Source: a virus. From it: a stretch of 64,000 nucleotides of DNA. How positions within the stretch are numbered: the first letter of the stretch is position 1; every line of letters begins with the position of its first letter. Shown one piece after another: positions 56,443 through 64,000 of the stretch. Location: positions 48,302 through 112,301 of IMG/VR virus record IMGVR_UViG_3300024289_000019, one strand, 5' to 3'. A program made the position numbers and the translations under genes. Below the pieces are notes generated by a model. It was not told the origin of the DNA, ran no database searches, and saw only the letters and a list, made by a program, of their open reading frames with translations.

Positions 56443-57072
56443 ATGTCACTAAAAAGATGGGATGGCTCGTCTTGGGTCGTCGTTGCAGGTTCTAGACCAG
56501 GTCCACAGGGTCCACAAGGTGCTCAAGGTGTACCTGGAGTTAATGCAACAATTTCCGTTGGCACTGTAAATACTACAGACGCAGGAACAAATGCAACTGT
56601 AACAAATAGTGGAACTTCTTCTGCTGCAATTCTTAATTTTAATATTCCAAGAGGAGCAACAGGACAGCAAGGTAACATTGGTCCACAAGGTGTACCAGGA
56701 TCTAGAGGAAGTAAAATTTTTACTGGGATTAATGCTCCGACATCTTCTAATCCTTCTCCAACAGGTTTGCTAGGTAACGATCAATATCTAGCAACTTCAA
56801 ATGGTAATTGGTATATTTATGATGCTTCTGGTTCTGGCGCTTGGTCATTACAAGGAAACATCAAAGGTCTGCAGGGTGAAAAAGGAGATAAGGGCGACAC
56901 TGGCCCAACTGGTCCTTCTGGAAACGTAACTGCAAATGAATTATATGCAAAGACAGATGCTCTACAAGTAGATGCACTTCTTAATCTTGGAATATATTAT
57001 CCAAAATATACTTCAACGTTAACACAAACTCAGTTAAACAGTAGATTTGCAGCAAGCAGCTTTTTATTTTAG
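56443..57072 (+). CDS. collagen-like (GXY) tail protein
   Basis: GPQGPQGAQG, GEKGDKGDTGPTG, LNFNIPRG. Confidence 0.8.
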   Translation: MSLKRWDGSSWVVVAGSRPGPQGPQGAQGVPGVNATISVGTVNTTDAGTNATVTNSGTSSAAILNFNIPRGATGQQGNIGPQGVPGSRGSKIFTGINAPTSSNPSPTGLLGNDQYLATSNGNWYIYDASGSGAWSLQGNIKGLQGEKGDKGDTGPTGPSGNVTANELYAKTDALQVDALLNLGIYYPKYTSTLTQTQLNSRFAASSFLF

Positions 57073-57083
57073 GAGAATAACAT

Positions 57084-60000
57084 ATGGCAAGACGACAAAT
57101 AGAGGAAACATACTACACGTTTGACCCTACTACAAATACGGTAACTATTCCTAGAGTAATTAAGGCTGAACGCCTAATGCTTATTACAAACGTTACCAAA
57201 AATATTGTTATCTATAATTTTTCCGACCCAAATCTTGGATATGTAACTCTTACGCAAAACAATACTTCTGTAAATAAGCCAACAACCACAATAGTATTAG
57301 AATATAATTGCTCATCAATGCTTTCTTCAGATAAGCTTGCAATTGTTTATGATGAAATAAATGAAACAACATCATTTGAACCAGCACTTCTCGATGCTGT
57401 ACAAAAATTAAGAACAGCCCCACCACAATCATTGATGGATACCGACTTTGAGTACGGAGTTCAGCCATCAAAATGGGAAGCTTTAGTAGTATGCGGTAAT
57501 TATCCAACATTTTTTTCGAGAACAACTGGCGGAAACTCATATGACATTATTACAATTTCAGCAGACGGAGCATCTCCAAGATCTACAGTATCTGTAACAA
57601 CTGCATCTAATCACGGACTTGCAAATGGAGATGTTGTTTCGGTTCAGGAAACATCTTCTGGAGGAGTTGCTGATGGAACTTTCCCAATAACAGTTGTAGA
57701 TGCAACAACATTTTCTTATGTTGCAAAAGGTGTTGTTTCTGGAACATTAAAAGATGGAAACATGACTGGTGTTTATGGCGGAGGAATTTATGACAATGCT
57801 CATATTCCAGGCGGAGTCCCAGGTTCATTTGGCGCTTGGTCAGCAATTTCAGATCAAGCTTCTTATTCAACTATTACAGTAACAACTCCAAGACCACACG
57901 GACTGTTGCCAGGAACACCAATTTTGATTAACGATTTAAGTTCACCAATTGGTGGAATTCAATTTATTAATAACGTTTCAACTCCAAATCAATTTAAATT
58001 TACATTAACTTCACAAACCGCAGTTAATAATCCAATCAATACTGTAAATATTGGATTGTACACTAGACCAGAAGGTTATGTAGACCACAGACCTTTTGAT
58101 GGCGGAGTTATTTTAACAACAGCAAATAACGTTTGCGGAGTTCAAACAATTCGTCAAACACGTCGTTATTTCCGCTATCAATCAGGAAAATCAATTCAGT
58201 TTTCTACAGGCGCTAAATTAACTCCTACATATGATATTGATACAATATTTGCAGATAACAATGCTGTAGGTATTGCATTGGTAACAGTTACAACAAGACA
58301 GGATCATGGATTGCAGCCAGGAGCTGTCGTTAGAATTGAAGGCGCTACAGTCACTGGAACTTATAACCCATGGAATGGAGATTTTCCAGTTACAGAAATT
58401 TTAGGAACAAACTCATTTAAGTATCAAATGAGCTTAAATCAAGTTATGCCTTCAACAGATCAATTCCCAGGTGGAACAGACGTAAAAGCAACAGTAGTTC
58501 GTTGGAAAGGTGCAGCAACTCGTTGCGGAATGTTTGATGATCAGAACGGCTTCTTTTTTGAGTATGACGGAAAATCATTCCACTGTGTTCGCAGATATAC
58601 AAAGAAAGAACTGTTTGGTCGTTTAAATCTTACACAATATTCAAACTACGTATTTGGTACAAATACAAGATTTAGAAAGCAGCTAGTTGTTGGAGATCAA
58701 ATAACAATTAGAGGTGCACATTATAAAGTTATTCAAATAAATAATGATACCGAAATGTTTATTTCTCCAGCTTATAAAGCTTCAACAACAACTTCTGCAA
58801 GATATTTGAAGATGGAAACAATTAAGGTTCCACAGGATCAATGGAATATTGATAAAATGGATGGAACTGGTCCATCTGGATATGTATTAGATCCAGGCCG
58901 TATGCAAATGGTTTATATTGACTATACATGGTATGGTGCTGGATTCATTAGATTTGGATTTAGAGCAACTGATGGAAATATTTATTATTGCCACAAGATG
59001 CCTAACAATAACGCAAATACTGAAGCGTATATGCGTTCAGGTAACTTGCCAGCACGTTATGAAGCGGTAAATGAACCAACTAAGTTTGCTCGTTTAGTTG
59101 CTGGTGGAACTGCAATAAGTGGAGCATCTTTAGCACCAACAGAAATTGCAATGTATGTAGATAATGTTGATTTTTGGCCAGATTCTGGATACTTAATGAT
59201 TAAAGATGATCAAAATTGCGAAATAGTTTCTTATTCATCAATTGGCGCATATAATTCTGTAGCTAGAGGTTACTTAGTAAATATTGCAAGACGTCAACCA
59301 ATGCCAATTAATTATACTGGCTCAATGGTTAATTTAACTGGAACAAGTGCATCAGTTGTATTTACTCCAGATGCTACGGTTCCTGGTGGTGCTGGTACTG
59401 CACAAGTTTCAGTTCAACCAATTTCTCAACAATGTGCTCCAGTAATTTGTCACTGGGGATCTTCAGTTATTATGGACGGAAGATTTGACGATGATAAAGC
59501 CTACATCTTTACGGCTGGTATGCAGAGATTTATGCAAATTACTGGTTCTGGTACATTTACAGCTAAAATTTCATCACGTTCGGCATCAGGCGGTGTTGTA
59601 ACTCTTACAACACAGTCTTCACATAGCATTCAGCCTGGATATAATGTTTCTATATCTGGTGTTAATACAGTAGCATCAATTACAAATGCTTCTATTACTT
59701 CCAGCGTAGCAACAATTACAACAAGCGGTGCACATAATTTACAGCAGGGACAAACAGTTACAATTACAAACGTAATAACTTCTGCAAACACAATATTTAA
59801 TGGAACATATACAATTACATCTGTTCCTACATCAAATACATTTACATATGTAAGACCATATCCATCAAACGTAACTTATGCTAATCTGTCTGGTACAGCA
59901 ACAGAATCTTCAACATTTAATGGAACATTTTCTGTATCTTCTGTAACATCAAATACAATAGTTTACTCAATTCCAAATACTGCAACATTTAGCTCAGCAG

Positions 60001-60584
60001 TTGTTGCAGCAGGAAATGCAACGCAATCATTTGGTTCATCTTCAACACCAAGACCACTAGTTTCAATTAGAATTGCTCCTTCCGTAGATAACGGACTTGG
60101 AAGAAACTATGGAATTCGTGAAGTTGTCAACCATATGCAGCTAAACTTATCATCAATTGGTATTCTTTCTTCTGGACAGTTCTTGATTCAAGGATTCCTA
60201 AATCCAGCATCACTAATTGGACCATCAATTCCTGGAGATTGGGAAACAGTTAGAGTTCCAGGTGGATCTTTAGCACAGGTTATTTATCATGATGGCTCTG
60301 GTGTTCCAGGTTCAACAATCACTAACCCAACAAATACCATTTCAGGCGGAGACCAGGTGTTTGCGTTCTATACAGAAAACTCTGGTGGTGAAAACTTGTC
60401 TGTTACAAACTTGGATCTTTCAAAAGTAAGAGATCTTGGAACATCAATTCTTTCTGGAAATGGAAATACTTCATCTCCAGGGTATCCTAATGGACCAGAT
60501 ATTCTTACAATTGTTGCAACAAACCTTGGTGCAACTACAGGTAATATTTCTTGCCGCTTGTCTTGGACAGAGGCTCAGGCTTAA
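57084..60584 (+). CDS. large virion structural protein with repeated TT..HGL beta modules
   Basis: DTDFEYG.Q..KWE; five T.T...H.L..G..V repeats; WYGAG. Confidence 0.75.
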   Translation: MARRQIEETYYTFDPTTNTVTIPRVIKAERLMLITNVTKNIVIYNFSDPNLGYVTLTQNNTSVNKPTTTIVLEYNCSSMLSSDKLAIVYDEINETTSFEPALLDAVQKLRTAPPQSLMDTDFEYGVQPSKWEALVVCGNYPTFFSRTTGGNSYDIITISADGASPRSTVSVTTASNHGLANGDVVSVQETSSGGVADGTFPITVVDATTFSYVAKGVVSGTLKDGNMTGVYGGGIYDNAHIPGGVPGSFGAWSAISDQASYSTITVTTPRPHGLLPGTPILINDLSSPIGGIQFINNVSTPNQFKFTLTSQTAVNNPINTVNIGLYTRPEGYVDHRPFDGGVILTTANNVCGVQTIRQTRRYFRYQSGKSIQFSTGAKLTPTYDIDTIFADNNAVGIALVTVTTRQDHGLQPGAVVRIEGATVTGTYNPWNGDFPVTEILGTNSFKYQMSLNQVMPSTDQFPGGTDVKATVVRWKGAATRCGMFDDQNGFFFEYDGKSFHCVRRYTKKELFGRLNLTQYSNYVFGTNTRFRKQLVVGDQITIRGAHYKVIQINNDTEMFISPAYKASTTTSARYLKMETIKVPQDQWNIDKMDGTGPSGYVLDPGRMQMVYIDYTWYGAGFIRFGFRATDGNIYYCHKMPNNNANTEAYMRSGNLPARYEAVNEPTKFARLVAGGTAISGASLAPTEIAMYVDNVDFWPDSGYLMIKDDQNCEIVSYSSIGAYNSVARGYLVNIARRQPMPINYTGSMVNLTGTSASVVFTPDATVPGGAGTAQVSVQPISQQCAPVICHWGSSVIMDGRFDDDKAYIFTAGMQRFMQITGSGTFTAKISSRSASGGVVTLTTQSSHSIQPGYNVSISGVNTVASITNASITSSVATITTSGAHNLQQGQTVTITNVITSANTIFNGTYTITSVPTSNTFTYVRPYPSNVTYANLSGTATESSTFNGTFSVSSVTSNTIVYSIPNTATFSSAVVAAGNATQSFGSSSTPRPLVSIRIAPSVDNGLGRNYGIREVVNHMQLNLSSIGILSSGQFLIQGFLNPASLIGPSIPGDWETVRVPGGSLAQVIYHDGSGVPGSTITNPTNTISGGDQVFAFYTENSGGENLSVTNLDLSKVRDLGTSILSGNGNTSSPGYPNGPDILTIVATNLGATTGNISCRLSWTEAQA

Positions 60585-60598
60585 AAGGAGGGGCATAA

Positions 60599-61270
60599 AT
60601 GCCTAATTACGCTACACTATCTAATCAGATTGATGTATTTAAAACTAAAGTAGATGCTTTATATGCTACAGGTAATTTAGATGCCAATTCATTGCTACTT
60701 CTTGCCGAAGCGCTAGAGACTTTATCCAATGCACTTGGCGTCAATGATATTGTTGGCGCAACCGCAGCAGCAATAACACAATTAAACACTGCAAGAGATG
60801 CAGCAATTACTGTTGTAAATGGAACTGCAAATGGAACTGCCGTTACTAATCTTCAAAACTCTTACAACACCTTAAATACCGCTTATCAAAATTATGGCTC
60901 TAGAATCACTTCTCTTGAATCAACAAGCACATCTCAGCAATCAGCAATTGCTACAGCTTCTGCTCTAGCAGCGCTTGGCGGGTGGAATACATGGGTTATT
61001 CATAGTAGTGGAAATAGATCTTTATCTGGAAACGATAGAATTTTTGTTATTCCAGCAGCAAATATGACATTGACTTTACCAACAACGCCATCTCTAGGAA
61101 CTGCTGTAAGAATTGTAGATGCGGCTGGAACAGCAGCAACAACAAACTTTACAGTTGCAAGAAATGGTTCAAATATTATGGGGCAGGCCCAAGATTTGAT
61201 TGTTAACACAAATAGTGCAAGATTGCATCTGGTATATGTAGATGCAACTCGTGGATGGAGACTTGTATAA
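60599..61270 (+). CDS. tail fibre-associated protein
   Basis: TLTLP..P..G..V...D...ARNG..I.G...LVY.D...GW. Confidence 0.7.
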   Translation: MPNYATLSNQIDVFKTKVDALYATGNLDANSLLLLAEALETLSNALGVNDIVGATAAAITQLNTARDAAITVVNGTANGTAVTNLQNSYNTLNTAYQNYGSRITSLESTSTSQQSAIATASALAALGGWNTWVIHSSGNRSLSGNDRIFVIPAANMTLTLPTTPSLGTAVRIVDAAGTAATTNFTVARNGSNIMGQAQDLIVNTNSARLHLVYVDATRGWRLV

Positions 61271-61665
61271 TGCCAATTTATTATGATGATGTTGTAAATT
61301 CTACAATTAATTTTAGAAATATTTCAACAACAGGACAAACTCTTTCTGGCTATAGAACTGGAAGACTAGATCTTGGCACAACAAGCGGCACAGTAAATCT
61401 AGATCTATCTTTATCAAATGATTTTACATGTACATTAAACGGAAATACAACATTTAATATTACTAATACTCCAGCAACTGGGGTTGTTTCTTTTTCTTTA
61501 CAATTAACTGGCGGAGGATCTTATACAGTTAGTTTTACAAATGCAAAATATCCAGGAGCTACTGCTCCTTCTTTAACCTCTGGAGGAATTGACGTTATTA
61601 CGTTTGTTACATACGATAACGGAACTTCTTGGAGAGGCCAAGTCGCAATGAAGGACTCAAGATAA
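61270..61665 (+). CDS. tail fibre-associated beta protein
   Basis: AP.LT..G.DV..F.T.D.G..W.G. Confidence 0.7.
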   Translation: MPIYYDDVVNSTINFRNISTTGQTLSGYRTGRLDLGTTSGTVNLDLSLSNDFTCTLNGNTTFNITNTPATGVVSFSLQLTGGGSYTVSFTNAKYPGATAPSLTSGGIDVITFVTYDNGTSWRGQVAMKDSR

Positions 61666-62165
61666 TGTACGCACAAGTTATAGATGAAGAAATTGTACAA
61701 ATTGTTGATGAACAATCTTTAAGAGAGCTTTATCCATCAACACATTTTCCATCACCAATTGAACAACGCCATTTAGAAGGTTTTGACAATTGGTATGTTG
61801 TACAAGACGATCCAACCACACCAGAATATGATTTTAAAACTAAAAAAATTGAATTTGTTAGAGAGTGGAATGCTGGAGCTGTTGTTGGTTACTATAAAAT
61901 ATTAAATTTAACAAATGCAGAAAAAGATGCTTTAATTGAATCAAGATGGGCTCAAATTAGATATCACAGAGACAATACAATTATTTCTACTGACTATCTT
62001 ATGATGCCAGATGTATTTAGTTCTTTTTCAGATTCAGATAAGGCTAAGGTAATATCTTATCGTCAAGCTCTTAGAGACATTACAAATCAAGAAGACCCAT
62101 TTAATATTGCATGGCCTTCTCTGGGAATTGAGTCTATTACATTAAGATATAATGTGGAGATTTAA
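61665..62165 (+). CDS. tail fibre assembly chaperone
   Basis: W..IR..RD....TD...PD...YRQALRDIT...P..I.WP. Confidence 0.85.
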   Translation: MYAQVIDEEIVQIVDEQSLRELYPSTHFPSPIEQRHLEGFDNWYVVQDDPTTPEYDFKTKKIEFVREWNAGAVVGYYKILNLTNAEKDALIESRWAQIRYHRDNTIISTDYLMMPDVFSSFSDSDKAKVISYRQALRDITNQEDPFNIAWPSLGIESITLRYNVEI

Positions 62166-63098
62166 ATGCCTTTTCCACAAAATAGATATCTGTCTGCTCC
62201 AGGTGGTACAAAACCATTTTTGTTAAGACAAATTATCACAACTGGATATGTTTTAGCTGGATATCAAAATAGCAGCCCTTGGACAAACGTTAATCAAGTT
62301 GCTCATTCTACAGATACAACTACAGATTTAGGAAATTTATTAAATAACTCTTCTGGATATCCAGGAGGAATGTGTGACGACACATTTGCTTATTTGTTAA
62401 AGGCAAATAATGGCGTTGGAGGAACATCTACTCAAACAAATAAATTTAGTATGAGAACAAACTCTTCTGTTGTCGGACCATCCTCTCCATACAATTGTGG
62501 AAATAATGGAACAATAATGCACAAGGAGCAATCCTACGCATATGGTAAACCTTTTGATGGCTCTGCGGCTATTATGAGATTTAATTTTGCAACACAATCT
62601 TGGATGTCTAGCCTTAGCTCTTCATATGGAACAAACGGCGGTTCAGGCGGTTCTGCTTTTTATCATGAGTTTGCTGGATGGCATTATGGAGATGGAAACG
62701 GAACTGGAGCTGGTGTAAAATTAACCTTTTCAACAGAAACACAGTCTACTGGAACAATGTATGGCGCACATGGTCAGCAAAAAGCAATCTCTTCAAAACG
62801 AACTTATCTTTATGCTGGCAATGAAGGAGATTACGCTGGAGGATATAATTTAAGGCGGTGGAATGTTTCTACAGAAACAAACGTTGGAACCGTTTCAAAA
62901 CCAATTGGAAATTGTGGAGAAGAAAATTTTGATATGGGCCAAGATTGGCAATTCATGCTAGGGAATTATAATGGTTCTCAAAATAACAGATCTTGGAGAT
63001 TTAATTACACAACAGATAGTGGATATGAAGGCGGCGGCTCAATGCAGTCAAAAGGCCCTGGAGGCAGAAGCTCGGCATATTCAGCTTATCGTTCTTAA
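62166..63098 (+). CDS. Gly/Ser-rich beta-propeller-like virion protein
   Basis: repeated GY..(A/G)G and F.T(D/E)T units. Confidence 0.6.
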   Translation: MPFPQNRYLSAPGGTKPFLLRQIITTGYVLAGYQNSSPWTNVNQVAHSTDTTTDLGNLLNNSSGYPGGMCDDTFAYLLKANNGVGGTSTQTNKFSMRTNSSVVGPSSPYNCGNNGTIMHKEQSYAYGKPFDGSAAIMRFNFATQSWMSSLSSSYGTNGGSGGSAFYHEFAGWHYGDGNGTGAGVKLTFSTETQSTGTMYGAHGQQKAISSKRTYLYAGNEGDYAGGYNLRRWNVSTETNVGTVSKPIGNCGEENFDMGQDWQFMLGNYNGSQNNRSWRFNYTTDSGYEGGGSMQSKGPGGRSSAYSAYRS

Positions 63099-63113
63099 TA
63101 GATAGGTAAATTA

Positions 63114-63842
63114 ATGAGATATATAAACGATTTAACGTCGGACGTTTCTGGCTACACAAAAGAGCAAAAAGACATTCTTCTTTATGCTGCAAATAGGCAA
63201 TGGGGCACCCCAGTATTTAAAATAGATAATTTTGTTGGCGGCGCACAATTTACACCATTTGGAAAATTAAGACAATTACTTCTAGAGTTAGGTTCACGAG
63301 AAAATCTTATTTCAGAACAAGAGCTAAAAATTGAAAGAACTAAACTTGAAATTGAATTAGAGAAAGAACTTATTTTACAAACAAATTTGATTGCACAAAG
63401 AAAAATTCACGAATTAAATATTAAAGAAAAAGAACGTGTTCTTCAAAATCAAAAAATTATGATTAGTTTAACATATGAAGAACGAGACAAGTTTATGATG
63501 CTTATAGACAGATTCAATAATTCTGAAGAGGGTAAATTGCCAGATGGAAGAAAAATAATGGACATTATTGGCAATCATGAAGAAGAAGAAAGGCTAGAGG
63601 CAGAACTTTGGGCTGTGAGACTTGGAGCTCAAGCTGGATACGATTTGTTATTTTACGGCAGGGTTAATAATGGTAATATGGAAGCAATTGATCAGTTGCC
63701 AAAAGATATTCGGGAACTTGCCCTAGACAATGCTATGTCAAAGGCTTTGCAAACAAATGAAAAATTGGAGGCTTTACAAAATATTGTTAAAACTCGTTTA
63801 GAATTAGATAAACCAACTGGAGTTTGGGAGTCTCTTGAATGA
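63114..63842 (+). CDS. coiled-coil hypothetical protein
   Basis: TP...LRQ.LLEL..RE, heptads. Confidence 0.65.
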   Translation: MRYINDLTSDVSGYTKEQKDILLYAANRQWGTPVFKIDNFVGGAQFTPFGKLRQLLLELGSRENLISEQELKIERTKLEIELEKELILQTNLIAQRKIHELNIKEKERVLQNQKIMISLTYEERDKFMMLIDRFNNSEEGKLPDGRKIMDIIGNHEEEERLEAELWAVRLGAQAGYDLLFYGRVNNGNMEAIDQLPKDIRELALDNAMSKALQTNEKLEALQNIVKTRLELDKPTGVWESLE

Positions 63843-64000
63843 TATATTTTTTATATGATGTTGAAGATAGGAATCCTTATATTAATGAGGTTGGAGAATA
63901 TTCTAGTTGTTTAATTGGAGCTATTGATGAGGCTAACCTGCTATATATAAGATTACCAAAAGTTCTTATTGTTCCTAAAAACGTAGCCATGGCATGGAAA

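Noticed and set aside
46334-64000. Diversity-generating retroelement targeting the Mtd-N-like fibre
   Set aside because: No reverse transcriptase and no template/variable repeat pair seen in the window.
1-64000. Stop-codon reassignment
   Set aside because: Long known genes are intact in the standard code and no suppressor tRNA was seen.

Overview
64 kb of a large lytic tailed phage of Actinomycetota, most like the freshwater actinophage genomes. WhiB, an Lsr2-like gene, DnaE, RecA, a Cas4-like nuclease, class II RNR and six tRNAs support this. Layout: (1) 1-9.4 kb replication, recombination and terminase genes. (2) 9.4-26.6 kb accessory and host-interaction genes on + (Hsp20, 2OG-Fe(II) oxygenases, PA14 membrane protein, CHAP amidase, WhiB, Ntn and S8 proteases, thioredoxin, surface protein, flavin-dependent halogenase, SpeD, tRNAs). 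(3) About 26.6-40.3 kb, an island of small minus-strand genes, probably the early region and possibly a long terminal repeat. (4) 40.3-46.3 kb transglycosylase, glycosyltransferase, NrdJ and holin. (5) 46.3-64 kb tail and fibre genes. Top observation: the island carries 18 promoters matching TGTCRG-N10-TAnnnT, the actinobacterial RecA-independent DNA-damage promoter read by PafBC. They are interleaved with about 11 CRP-type TGTGA-N6-TCACA sites, 9 CGACACGCC (WhiA-type GACAC) boxes, DnaA boxes and a fixed-spacing bipartite repeat. This suggests an early programme wired to, or titrating, host stress regulators. Second: a PASTA / (Asn-Tyr-x)7 / Hint autoprocessing protein followed by a 2OG-Fe(II) oxygenase cluster among the tail genes. 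Several candidate structured RNAs were also seen. All calls come from reading motifs by eye; no database searches or folding programs were run.
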